64,000 bases of DNA from Hydrolagus affinis (lineage: Eukaryota). Under the pieces are notes generated by a model. It had not been told where the DNA came from and did not search any database. It saw only the letters and a program-made list of their open reading frames with translations. Position 1 is the stretch's first letter, and every line of letters starts with the position of its first letter. The stretch lies in assembly GCA_012026655.1 (NCBI GenBank), contig JAAILG010001116.1, forward strand, positions 1 through 64,000. Reading direction: 5' to 3'. Positions 37,220 through 49,172 of this stretch are shown piece by piece. A program made the position numbers and the translations under genes.

Positions 37220-37680
37220 AAATAAAGTGTTTAAAATATATTTTATAGTAATCTCAAGTGTCCAGACAATCACCAGAACAACACAGTTCAAGACAAGCTT
37301 GCATTAGGCTTCAGCTTCTTTGAAAGAGCAATTTAATTACATTATTAGAAACGTCTCAAAGGCCTCCGTTAATCAACACAGGCAAACAAAAGGATTTTTG
37401 TACAATACAGTCAGAAAATAATTTCAAAAAAGGCCCGAACAGAACATATTGCCCTGGCAGAACTAAAACCCTGGCATGTTGTGAAGACATTTCCAACTCT
37501 CTGCCGAACATATGGTGTTTGATTGAATTAAGGTTGTTGCTGCTGCTGCCGTTGCCGTGGTAATGGTGGCTTCATCCTCCCCATATTGTCCCGATGCTTA
37601 GCTGAGCTGCTTTATTACTCTTGAAAGACGGTTCCGTTCTTGAAATTGAAGATGAGAGCTTTTTCATTTGTCGGCCAGAT
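37220..37680 (-). other. CHCHD3: Probable CHCHD3 3' UTR
   Basis: Repeat-free stretch after the stop codon. Minus-strand AATAAA at 37616-37611, and a TATAAA variant near 37247-37242 followed by a GU-rich tract (about 37205-37175). The end point is inferred. Confidence 0.55.
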
Positions 37681-37704
37681 TTAACCTCCTTTCCCCAGCA
37701 GGCT
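37681..37704 (-). CDS. CHCHD3: CHCHD3/MIC19 last coding exon, SLLGKGG*
   Basis: cttgttttcgctccttgtttcag|AGC CTG CTG GGG AAA GGA GGT TAA, joined in phase 0 to the previous exon. Recalled human CHCHD3 ends SMLEKGG*, which favours CHCHD3 over its paralogue CHCHD6. Confidence 0.92.
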   Translation of the reverse strand, partial: SLLGKGG

Positions 37705-38074
37705 CTGAAACAAGGAGCGAAAACAAGACTTGGAAAAACAAAAGGTACAGTGGAGTAGAAGAGGTTTGATGTCAGTATCATCGAGTGTTTCTATTGTGTA
37801 TCTGCATATACAATTTGCAGCCTCTACTTATCAAGTGCACTCTGTGTGTGTCTCAGTTAAGCATAGATTTGTGGGTCTAATGAACCCTTTGCAGTGCTCA
37901 TTAAGATGGCTACCACTGTTAAGAGAAGCTAAGATTGCTTCTGATGAATGTTTTTCCAAAGATTGTGGGTGGGTGGTCTGTTTGTTTTTCGAGGGGAATT
38001 CCTTCTCTATTTCCATTTGATAAATCTATACATTTACAAATACAGGATACAGGAAGAAAAAAAATGTCCTTTAC

Positions 38075-38370
38075 TAATAATAATAACCCTTGCCTTTGAT
38101 ATAGCGCTTTTCACTTTTAGATGCCTCAAAACGCTTCACAGAATACACTGTAAAGTATATATGTGGGCGAAACATGGCAACCAATTGCGCACAGCAGTGT
38201 CCCACAGACAGTCATGGATTGAAATGGACAATTTATTATTGCTTTTTTTTCAGGATTGTTATTAGGCGTATGGAGTAGGGAAACTTGACCAAGGTTTCGC
38301 CCTGCCTGGAATCGAATCCAGGTCTTTCGCTTGTAAGGCGAGTGCTCTAACCGCTGAGCTACAGGACTCC
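38075..38370 (-). mobile_element. tRNA-derived SINE, short form, full length, in the last CHCHD3 intron
   Basis: Intact A and B boxes, short-form junction and tail. Confidence 0.9.
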
Positions 38371-39056
38371 ACTTTCATATCATCGTAAGTCTACCTCCAC
38401 CCTCTTAATATGCAGCCCAGTAATCTTCTATCATTCTAAATCGTGTTGTGGATGAGATCAGCTAGTTCATCTCATAGCACAGACTGAGATTTCAAGCCTA
38501 TGATTTCCTATTGCACAGGACATAGATCTGCAATGGACCTTCAGGGTAGTTTCTTGCCTACGGTTAATAAGATGAATCGAGGCCTGAAACTCAACCTTTC
38601 TCTGCACCTAAATCATCCTCAATTGGCTGACAATCTTGTAACGGAACGCACACACCCATTATCTTTCAAATACGTCGAGTCCTGGAGCTCAACAACAACA
38701 ACAAAATTACACTTATATAGTGCCTTTCACATCAGGAGGACGTCGCAAGGCGCTGGAGCAATCCCTTCAATCCAATTTATCTGGCTTTCTCTCCTATACC
38801 CCTGTAACTGACCCTTTTTACGCAGTCACTTCACTTATATTCACTCCAGCAGATTCTGTGCAGCGCTTTGAGATGCCTCCATGACGTGATAAGGCGCTGC
38901 ATCGAACGCAGGGTTTATTATTGTTATTATTTACCAGGTCCTTCTTGAAGGACAGTATGGATTCTGAAAGTAACGGCACACAGTGTTTGAGAGATCAAAG
39001 GATTGCGATGAATGACTTCTTCCTGCACTGTAATAAGTTCCTAGGTCTGGAAACAC

Positions 39057-39294
39057 GGGTGAAACCTTGGGCAAGTTTCCTTACTCCACACGCCTAATAA
39101 TAATCCCTCCAAAAAAAACACAAAAACAAAATTGGTCATTTTAATCCACGACTGTTTGAGGGACACTGCTGTGCGCCATTGGCTTCACCGTGTTTCGCCC
39201 ATATGATTCATTTTACTGTATATTCTGTGAAGCGCTTTGAGACGTCTAGAAGATGTGAAAAGTGCTATATCAAAATGCAAGGATTATTATTATT
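39057..39294 (+). mobile_element. tRNA-derived SINE, short form, head truncated
   Basis: gaaaccttgggcaagtttccttactccacacgcctaataataatccc…gacgtctagaagatgtgaaaagtgctatatc. Confidence 0.88.
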
Positions 39295-39426
39295 TATCAT
39301 AAGTAACCCAGTTTCTGTTTTTCATTTGTGGTAACAATCCAGAGAACTAGAAGTGATGCAAGCCAACGCAAAGCCAATCTGCCCGTTCTCCCCAGCGGCA
39401 TAATGTGTGGCAATGACCCCGTTTAC

Positions 39427-39562
39427 CTGCTTGGCATAGTTAATGCAGTGAACATACTGCTTGGCCAATGCAGAGCAGCTGAGGGTCTGCTGAGGGTTCT
39501 TCTGGTAGCAGCGAAGGATGCCCTCCTGGAGATCAGCGCAGATGGGCCGTGACTCATATCTC
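39427..39562 (-). CDS. CHCHD3: CHCHD3/MIC19 penultimate coding exon (136 nt), CHCH domain
   Basis: Acceptor tctcatttttcag|G AGA TAT and donor AAG CAG|gtaaac. Encodes RYESRPICADLQEGILRCYQKNPQQTLSCSALAKQYVHCINYAKQ with twin CX9C motifs, close to recalled human RYESHPVCADLQAKILQCYRENTHQTLKCSALATQYMHCVNHAKQ. Confidence 0.95.
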
Positions 39563-39642
39563 CTGAAAAATGAGAAGAGGAGAGATTGGGTTAGGGCAAA
39601 CAAGAGGATTGTCGCAGGTGGAGGAATAATAACACAACCCCC

Positions 39643-39647
<5 letters not shown>

Positions 39648-39694
<47 letters not shown>
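39648..39694. repeat. (CA)n microsatellite
   Basis: Direct observation; about 85 bp upstream of the CHCH exon acceptor, reading (UG)n in the pre-mRNA. Confidence 0.95.
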
Positions 39695-39695
<1 letters not shown>

Positions 39696-42600
39696 CTGAC
39701 CCGGAAATTCAACATGATTGCAATAGAGGAAGTTTGTTAGTGAACGGCAATACGCATTTCATTTGAACGTCACCTTGGTACCCATGACGCCTGTTTAAAA
39801 TGTCAAGCCCCTTGAAATTGAATTCTGCTCAGATCACAATGAACTCAACACAACCCCCGGGTTCTGAGTGGGTGTGCGCTCAAGTCAGTTTATAAGCGGG
39901 AAGATGCTAAACAAAACTGATGTACGCAAATCCTCCTGCAGCTCAGCAATCAAATAAGAATCATCACTTGAAACCCTCGCAGTAATTGTCACAATAGTTA
40001 ATCCTGTTGCACGGATCATGCCACGAAAAAATAGTGAACAACAGCCGTGAGGAAAAGGATTGGGGGGAATCTCAAGATTAAATGAAAGCTCCGCCATAAA
40101 TACGAGACACCCACGAGTGCAAAAATACGAGCAATCTGGGAATGAGTGGGCAATTAGGACGTGTGGTGGCTTTTCATATTCCGGTGATTTCATTAGAACC
40201 CCGTCTCTCTAACCATTTCTCTGCATATAAACCATCCTCAAGAACAACAAACAATAAAATTACATTTATAGAGCGCCTTTCATGTCGGGAGGACGTCCTA
40301 AGCTGCTGATTAGTTGACTGACTATCCCGTAACTAAACTCACATACAGTACCCATTATCCTTCAAATAAGGAACCTGATATCTATTTTTCATTTATGGTA
40401 ACAATTGTAGAGCTAGATGTGATACAAACCAATGCTCAATAGAGTGATACAGTTACATAGAGTGGTAAGCTTTGCCTGCAAAATATAGTCAATTCACTTT
40501 ACAGTATATTCTGTGATGCGCTTTGAGACATCTCGAAGATGTGATAAGGCGCTATATCAATTGCAAGAATTATTATAATTTTGATTCTTAGGAATCACAA
40601 AAATATCCAATATATCAAATCTAAAATATGGTGAAATATTAGTATTTTGCTCACTCTGTACCCATTGAAAGGTTATATTCCACATATGGTTGTCCAAACT
40701 GCATCAATGTGTTTTTCAGATATTAATGTGACCACAGTATCTTTATTCTGATAAAATAAATCAGAATTCCTTTGTGTGTGAACAGCAATTCTATGGATTA
40801 TGATATACGTGTAGGGATTAATTGTCCAGCCAAATTTATTCTATGCAGTTTGCATTTGATATCGCGTTTTTACTTCTTCGAGTGAATGAGTTGGGTATAT
40901 TTGTTTATGAATGTTTTGGGATTAATGTCACGACAAAGAAACTGATCTGAGAGACTGATGGCGAAAGGGAGCTCAAATGACCATGAGAAATTTTTTGATT
41001 GCACGCAATTGTGAGCAGTTTTAATGATAGGTGTCAAAAATAAAAGATATACAGAGATTACAGAGCTGTTCAGTTGGTTCATATCTATACCCATGGACAT
41101 TCCTCCAAGTCATTCCCCCTCGTCAGAAATTATCAGCTAGAATTACTGGCTCCCCTTATTGCTCAGTTAGCAAATCCACTGTCCGGTATGAAACAAACCT
41201 GATTGGATGCATCTAGCTAGAGAGAGACTAAGTAGTAAACACTGAATGCCAGGGATCCTATTCAGCAAGCTCTTGTACAAAATGTAAGGTTCCTGGATTC
41301 AGCTCATACACAATGAATTCCCACTCGCACAAGTACTGGAAGATAGTTGGTACCTGCAAAATGGTACCCAGCCATGAACAAGTGAGTGCCTTCAGGACAT
41401 GAATCGAAGAAGAAGAAAGATTTTAAAGATAATTATTTATAATGGTTGGTTTTTTAAATAGCAGTTTGGTTAGCAACATAGCTCTTTAAAGTCTCATTGT
41501 TAAATACACGATAAATTGGCAAATGCTAATGCGAGTTAATGGCTTTCAAACCTAATATATAGGAGGTTGCCTAAATGGCTTCAGGACAGCATTAACTGCA
41601 GATCTGTGTTTTGCAGTGGAGCTTTACTTCACTCAGTGTCAAGAGCATCATGCAGTTGCAATTCTATGAATGAAAAAAATCTCAAAGTAATATTCGCTGA
41701 CCGCTGTCAAAAGCTTCATTTTAAAATATTCCGATCACTTATTCCTAGCAGACGGGTGACTTACTGTAACTCACAACCCGTTTTGCCAGAAAACAGAGGG
41801 ATCCCAATCCCTTCGGACATAATCTGACCATTAATAATGCGAGCATTTAAAGTCCAGAACCACTTCCCCTTTTAAATCCTAAACCAATCACTGTTAAAGC
41901 AGTCAGCAAATTCCAATTGTCTACAAACCTCCAAAAAGCTTGTTCTATTATTCAGACCAGCCCTGGGAATGCAGACAAATATTGATCACTTCCCACTTGT
42001 TGCTCAGGAGTGATGCACGCCTCTTACTTGTGGGAAAACTGAAAATTAGATTTCTGGTAGGAATTACTGTTTCATAACAAACGGCAGGTCCTTCCTGTGA
42101 TTGCCTACCCCACTGCCCACTCCCCACCTCCCCCACTTAAATGAAAGTGCTGCACTCCTTCTCCCCATGCACGCACCCGAAGTAGCTTTGAATGTTTTGT
42201 GTTTGCACGAGTTTAGACGTTCATTAGATTGTATGGAGAAGGTCAAAGCTGATTGCATTGGCACTAGCTATACCACGCACTGTACATGATTTGAAAGACA
42301 TTAACCTTTACTTCTGCGTCAACAAAAGGAAAGAAACAGAATACAAAACAGTGGCATGGGAGTTGAAAGTACTTTTAATGCTGCAATGCACACTAGCAGC
42401 CAGGTTCGCCCCCCCCCACCACCCCCGCCCACAGCAAGTTCTGAGACATACGTATGTTTGTTTCATTTGCACAAGACGCAGATAGGTATACCAGCAAATT
42501 AAATCTCAGTAAAGCAATAAAAAATGTGGACGATGTAACGCGCATCAAACTGTCAATCACCGGGATTATTCCCTTCATCTCAAATAAATTAAAGGATTCT

Positions 42601-43199
42601 TTAAACACCATGTGGAATATGGATGGATTAATAAGTGCCTCGGTGCGAGCAAAGAAGGCTATAATGTAATTGAACGATTCACACGATGCAAAAACGTTGC
42701 TGGTGCGGTTTATTGACATCAACTGAACCCGGAGATTAAATTATAGGTTTGCATTCAATTTTTTTGGAAAAAAAATAATATAATCTAGATTGCCTGAAAG
42801 AAAAAAAATGAGATTTACTACCATGTCTGTGCAGCAGGGGTTCCGGTCTAAAAAGCTCACTGTAATGTCATTACCACATAATAATCGTGTCATGCAATTC
42901 ACGAGCAGGTATAAATCGGAAAATTACTTTGTGTCACGGAACCTAAATTGCAGGGGCATTGAAAGCTTCACATATACACACACACACACACACGTGGGAT
43001 TCATAATGATCGGTTTGGCTGCATAGAAGCAACATGGACAGCTCCTGCAGGTTTGCAAATGTGTGTTGCTGAGGTACACGGATAACAATGCAGGCTTTTG
43101 GGGTCTGCAGCTCTGCTTTGCTATTTTACATTTAACCTTGTTTGGCCTGCCTCGCTCGCAGGCAGGGTGAAACGTTTCCCTTCTATGCCGTTTGCCAAC

Positions 43200-43772
43200 A
43201 GTATGTAGAAACCTGGCTGTTAGTCGAATGGCAGATTGCTTTACCCACGGATAATAATCACTTAAAAAAATACAAAAATATAATAATCATTTGGTCACTC
43301 AACCCATGACTGTTTGTGGGACACTGCTGTGCGCAGTTGGTTGCTGCGATTCACCCACAAAATATACAGTCAATCCAATATATTCTGTGAAGTGCTTTGA
43401 GATTCCTCAAAACAACAACAACAAATTACACTTATAAAGCGCGTTTCACGTCGGGAGGACGTCACAATATCAAATGGAAGGGTTATTATGATTTTTATTA
43501 GATGATTTTCTTCCCGTTTTCTCGAAGCTGAGATCAGAGCAATAGTTACGAAGGAACAGGAGACACTCAATTTCTCAGAGGCTTCGTTTTGAAATCCGCA
43601 CAGAATTGGTCACTCAAGCCACGGCTGTTTGTGGGACACTGTTGTGTACAATAGGTTGCCGCGTTTCGCCCACAAAATACACAGTCAATCGATATATTCT
43701 GTGAAGCACCTTGAGACATCTCAACAACATGATAAGGCTCTAAATCAAATGCATGTATCATTATTATTATTA
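43200..43772 (+). mobile_element. Two tandem SINE 3' portions with an L2 tail stub between them
   Basis: ttggtcactcaa…tgtttgtgggacactg at about 43290 and 43606; minus-strand L2 stub about 43410-43465. Confidence 0.8.
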
Positions 43773-44808
43773 CTCAAACAGCCCTATACCTTTCTTCAAC
43801 CAATGATAGTCACCAGATCTTTTCCAAAATCTCTGCAAATACCACTTTGAAGGAGAAAGTCTCATCTCTCAAATGTGATGGGTTATAATTTAACGCCTTG
43901 CTTCTCTCCCCAGCCTTTGTGGACAATATACAAAATACATCCTGAAGCTCTTGAATCTACAAACCCGTCAACTGCATTCCATGTTTCTATGATATTCTTA
44001 CATTTAAAATTAGCTGAATTAGTGAAAATAGATATCGACGACTGATATCTATTTCCAACGTGAAAGGCCCTATACAAACGTAATTTCTTCGTGCTGGTTG
44101 TTGTTGATACACATCAGAGAGTGCTGCCCAAGCAAAATATCATTTTAACAATTAACACAAAATGTATCATGTGCTTTAGTGCTCTGCCTCTTAACATATG
44201 ATCCACTACTCATCGATCACAACAAAATTGCTTGAACTAATATCTATCCTTGTGGTTTCTTCTGTGCCCTCGCTTTAGTTGTTACATCCAGGCTTCGGAC
44301 TGAAGTTAATTACAGTAGCTTGTTTATTCTCTCATTGCCTCACATACGCACTGAGAACAAACCAGACACCACCACCAGCTTTAAATTTGCAATTTGCCTT
44401 AAACCGAGCATCAAATCGTACCTGTTGCTATCTGCCTGAGACTGATGGGAGCAATCAGAATGTATAAACTGGAGCTGTGGGTAGCTTCATTCGCACAGGC
44501 AGATAGATTTAAAACACTTTGAGACCTCCCGTTATATCAAAGGAAACCGTTATTGCTATGGATCACATGCAAGCAAATTGACCGGCAAGAATTTGAACAC
44601 TTGGTTCGAAAACATCTGATACTAATGTGGGCTGCCTCCGTTTGCCTTGACATTAGAGTGTTAACCATAGCACTGTGGTTAGAGCACTCGCCTCACAAGC
44701 GAGAGGACCCAGGTTTGATTCTCGGGCATGACAAATTTCTTTACTCCACACGGCTAATTACCCAGCAGTAAATAGGAACCTGGTGGTTAGTAAGCTGACG
44801 GGACACTT

Positions 44809-44845
44809 TCCGAGGGTATTATCCGAGGGTATTATCCGAGGGTAT
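44809..44845. repeat. 13-bp tandem repeat (about 2.8 copies) at a SINE/L2 junction
   Basis: tccgagggtatta twice, then tccgagggtat. Confidence 0.92.
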
Positions 44846-44849
44846 CCTC

Positions 44850-45162
44850 TACCCACAACAGTACCCGTTGCCTTCGCTCTACTGCGTCTGGCCTCTTCCT
44901 TGTCCCCCGAATCCTCCGTTCCGCCATCGACAGCCATACTTTCAGCCACAATGCCCCGAGGCTCTGGAACTCCCTTCCTCACTCCCTTCGTCTCTCCCCT
45001 TCTTTTCCTATTTTCAGGTCGCGCCTAAAGATTTCTTTTCAACTGCTCTTTTGGTCACCTTTTTCCCCCTCCCACTGGCTCGGCCCCAGAATCTGTTTTG
45101 TGAAGCGCTATGTCACGCCGTCTGTCCTGGAGGGCGCTATATAAATCCATGTTGTTGTTATT
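44850..45162 (+). mobile_element. L2 3' fragment nested in a SINE
   Basis: Homologous to 47820-48135; ends ggagggcgctatataaatccatgttgttg. Confidence 0.8.
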
Positions 45163-45749
45163 AAGCCCTCAAAAAAAATGTAGTCACTCAATCCACATTT
45201 TCTCTACAAAATACACAGTAAACCCTCTTTATAATATATCCTGTGATGTCCTTTGAGACGTCTCAACAATGTGATAAGGCGCAATATCAAATGCAAGGAT
45301 TATTACTTTTATTAAAACAAATCCCTTTCACATCACATTTCTTAAGTGTTGAGGTGCTCAGTAAGCAAGGCTTTGTACCATCAAACAAAGCATGCTAATA
45401 TTTTCTGATACCGTCCCTCAGAAACTAATGTAAACCACTTACTATAACACTGGAGAAAAGGGGACGGGAAATCTAATCCCAATTACTCTGCTATTAGTAT
45501 TTCTAATGCTAAATAAATTAAATCATACCAAGATGAAAATGGATTACTTACAAAAAGACCTTCAAAACCATTTGTTCTGCTAGTTCCTAATACGATTAGT
45601 GGATTTGCAGGACAGCACTGACTGCTGTATTTTAAGATTTAATAGCACCTCCAGTAGTTACTAATGCTGTAATGTATAATTTCACTGAGGATGCCAGTTA
45701 AATCATATTGACAGGGTTTGAGAATGTTTAACATAGGTAAAGAACATTA

Positions 45750-46160
45750 ATAGCAAAATAGCAAAAGAACCAGAGGAGAGATGTGGAGAATTTTTGTTCA
45801 CATAAGAGAGTAGTTGTGATCTGGGATGCATTGCCTGCAAGGAAGAAGATTCAATAATATCTTTCAAAAGGGAATTGGATATATGCTTGAAAAAGAAAAA
45901 TTTGCAAGGCTAAGAAAGAGCAGTGAAGTGGGATTAATTGTGGGACACAGCTGTGCGCAACTGGCCACCACATTTCACCCGCAAAATATACAATCAATTC
46001 CTTTTCATTATATTCGGTGAAGCGCTTTGAGACGTCTCATAGATGTGATCAGGCGCTAAATCACATGCAAGGCTTATTATATTATTATAATCAGATAGCT
46101 CTTTAAAAAAGCCAGCAAAGGCACTATGGGTCGAATGGTCTGTGCTTCTGTGCTGTAAGA
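45750..46160 (+). mobile_element. CR1 3' end split by a SINE 3' half (about 45940-46090)
   Basis: tttcaaaagggaattggat…gggattaatt | SINE | agatagctctttaaaaaagccagc…atgggtcgaatgg…cttctgtgctgtaa. Confidence 0.75.
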
Positions 46161-46696
46161 TCCTGGGGGCCAGCTGCTCAAGAAAGCTGAGATCGATATC
46201 AGGGCTTCCCAAAAAGGCTACACTCCTTCCCTGTCTTAACTTTGCCACAGGTTATCTGAGCACACTTACGAGAACACGAGCGAAGAGCTTTCAGCCTGAA
46301 CAATGGAAGCTGCAGAGACAGAACAAAGTGTCATCAAAAACCAAAGGGTGGGACCATTTCTTTTCAAAAGAAAAATGAATGGGCAAATGATTAAATTAAA
46401 ATGAAAATCAAATCAGAATAGATTCTGGCACTTTACTGGACTTGCACAGCAGTTTAAATGTTGGGGCTTTTAAGATGACACACAACACTTTATTGAATTC
46501 AGCGAACTTATGTGACCCCAAATGCTGGTGCACTTTAAAACTCTCAGGTCAGCTCGATAAACGCTCAGCATTTTTCCAATTGCTGCCGGTATGAACGTGA
46601 AGACGCCAAATAATTCACAAGGTTACCACACACACCACCAATAAACTAACAAGGGACTTATAACAATTATTTCCATGAGCGATAAAACCTCTACAT

Positions 46697-48137
46697 AACC
46701 CTCCCTAGATCCCTCAAACCCTAGCCACTACCGCCCTATTTCTAACCTGCCCTTCCTTTCAAAAGCACTGGAACTCGTTGTTACAAACCAACTCCGCGCC
46801 CACCTCTCCTCCCACTCCCTCTTCGAACCCCTCCAGTCCGGTTTCCACCCTGCCCACAGTACAGAGACTGCGCTTGTGAAAGTCACAAACGACGTCCTCT
46901 CTATCTTCGACGAGAGCTCCCTCTGCCTCCTTATCCTCCTGGACCTGTCCGCTGCATTCGACACAGTCGATCACGCCACCCTCGTCCTCCGTCATCCAAC
47001 TCAGTGGGACCGCACTCGCCTGGTTCGAGTCCTACCTCACAAACCGCCAGCAGTACATCTCCACAAACGGTTTTTCCTCCCGCTCTTATCCAGTTACCTG
47101 TGGGGTACCTCAGGGATCCAACCTTGGCCCCCTCCTTTTCCTCATCTACATGCTCCCTCTTGGGGATGTCATCCGCAGACATGGGGCACACTTCCACATG
47201 TATTCGGATACACGCAACTCTATTTCTCCACTTCACTCTGCGAAACCCCAGTCCCCTGATGTTCTGTCAGCCTGCCTTTCAGACATCAGGGGCTGGACGA
47301 GCGCAAATTTCTTGCAGCTGAATGTCGACAAGACGGAGGCTCTCGTCAACGTCTCCATTCACACGGCTCTCACCTCCTCCACCTTCCCGGCCTGGCCCCT
47401 AAAACTCTCTGAACCTGTGCGCAACCTTGGCATCAGGTTCGACCCCCAACTGCCCTTCCTCCCCCACATCCGGTCCATTACCAGCACTGTCTCCTACCAC
47501 CTCTGACGGATCGCCCGTCTCCGGCAATACCTCACCCCAAAAGCCGCTGAAACCTTGGTCCATGCCTTTGTCACCTCTCGGCTGGACTATTGCAACGCCC
47601 TCCTCGGCAGTCTCCCCTCCACCACAATCCACAAAATCCAACTAATCCAAAACTCTGCCGCCCGCATACTCACCCGCTCCAAGCTTCGCTCCCCCATTAC
47701 CCCAGTCCTTGCCAGACTTCACTGGCTCCCTATCCCAAAGAGGATCGACTTCAAGATCCTCATCCTTGTTTTCAAATCTCTCCACTCCTCTGCACCCCCC
47801 TATCTCTCCGATCTCCTTTCCCCCCAACCCAGCACCCGCTGCCTTCGATCCTCTGGGTCTGGCCTCCTCCATGTCCCCCGAATCTTCCGCTCCACCCTCG
47901 GCGGCCATGCCTTCAGCCACTACTCCCCGAGGCTCTGGAACTCCCTTCCTCACTCCCTTCGCCTCGCCCCCTCTCTTCCCAGTTTCAGGTCACAGCTGAA
48001 GACCTTTCTCTTTGACTACGTTTTTGGTGACCTTTCTGCCCCTGCCCCTGGCTCGGTCCCGGGATCCACTATTGTAAAGCGCTCTGAGACGCCGTCTAGC
48101 ATGGAGGGCGCTATATAAATCAAAGTTGTTGTTGTTG
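46697..48137 (+). mobile_element. 5'-truncated, inactivated L2-clade LINE (RT domain through 3' tail)
   Basis: Across frameshifts it encodes YRPISNLPFLSKALE, QSGFHPAHSTETALVKVTND, LLDLSAAFDTVDH, GVPQGSNLGPLLFLIYMLPLG, a broken YADD motif (HMYSD then frameshift) and SRLDYCNALL...LHWLPIPKRIDFK. In-frame TGA at 47504-47506. Ends gagggcgctatataaatcaaa(gtt)n. Confidence 0.93.
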
Positions 48138-48329
48138 TGCGTGACACCGTGGTAATGTTTCATTTATTATAAGAGAGAGAGAGTGTCCCTTATAACACTG
48201 TGTGGGAGAATAAAAAAGAACTTAAAATCAATTTGATTCCTTAACATTTCCATGAGGCAGTTAGCAATTTCGCGGGTGCAAAGAAATAAATAAGCTCTAA
48301 CTTGTTCAGCTTTCCCTCACTGTTGCAAT

Positions 48330-48800
48330 TTTGCTTGCCTTGTCTAGACACTCATCTACACCTTCAACGAGTCTTGGCTTGACCATTGGAATGCCTTGCT
48401 CCTTCCTACACAAGCTGCAGACTATCCTCTCCTGCACCAGGCTTTTTCAGAGAAGCAAAGTTAGCTTTCCGTTCCCCCATCCTGACTGGGCTTCACCAGA
48501 TGCCCAATCCCCGCCCGCTGATCAAATTCACATTCAAATCCCTCTGGGCCTCACTATCTCTGAAACCCTACCACCCAGTAAGCTCCAACAATTCAGTGAA
48601 CACTGCCCTACGTCATGTCCCCCAACCAACCACTCTACCATCGGTAAGCAATTTTTCAGCCAATCTGCCCCCACTCTCTGCAACTCTTATCCTGGAGTCC
48701 CCCTCCCTTGCCCCATGTCTCCCCATTTTTAAAGCCAACCTTAAGACCTCCCTAATCTCTTTCACTGCGTTTTTGGTCACCTTTTCCCTCTACCCTCTTT
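48330..48800 (+). mobile_element. Older decayed L2 3' fragment
   Basis: Degenerate homology to the ORF2 C-terminus of the adjacent L2 (…TIGKQFFSQSAPTLCNS…FKANLKTSL). Confidence 0.7.
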
Positions 48801-48859
48801 AGCTCCCCACGCCCATCCTCCAAATTCAAACAGCCAGTCAGTTGTATATTACTATTAAT

Positions 48860-49172
48860 ACTAATAATAATAATCTTTGCATTTGATATAGCACCCAATA
48901 ACAATCTTGAGAAGTCTCAAAGCGCTTCACAGAATATATCGTAAAGTGGATTGATCTGTGTATTCCATGGGCAAAACACAGCAGCCAATTGCATATAGCA
49001 GTGTCCCACAAATGCCACGGAGCGAGTGACCAATTTCATTTATTTATTCTTTAGAAAAGATTATTACCCCCTCAATGTATTCCACCAATCGACTAACAAG
49101 CTGGCTCCTGCTTGCCACTGGGTAAACAGAGGCGTGTGAGTAAGGAAACTTGCCCATGGTTTCACTCTGCCC
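48860..49172 (-). mobile_element. tRNA-derived SINE, long form, head truncated
   Basis: Colinear with 35203-35480. Confidence 0.85.

Noticed and set aside
37572-37781. 69-aa minus-strand ORF
   Set aside because: It overlaps the true last exon in a different frame; the spliced frame stops at 37683-37681.
39322-39693. ORF-track 123-aa protein as a single-exon gene
   Set aside because: Only 39427-39562 is exon; the CVCVCV start is the (CA)n microsatellite and the flanks are intron.
47555-48118. 187-aa ORF as a host gene or active retroelement
   Set aside because: It is the C-terminus of a 5'-truncated L2 ORF2 with upstream frameshifts, a stop codon and a broken YADD motif.
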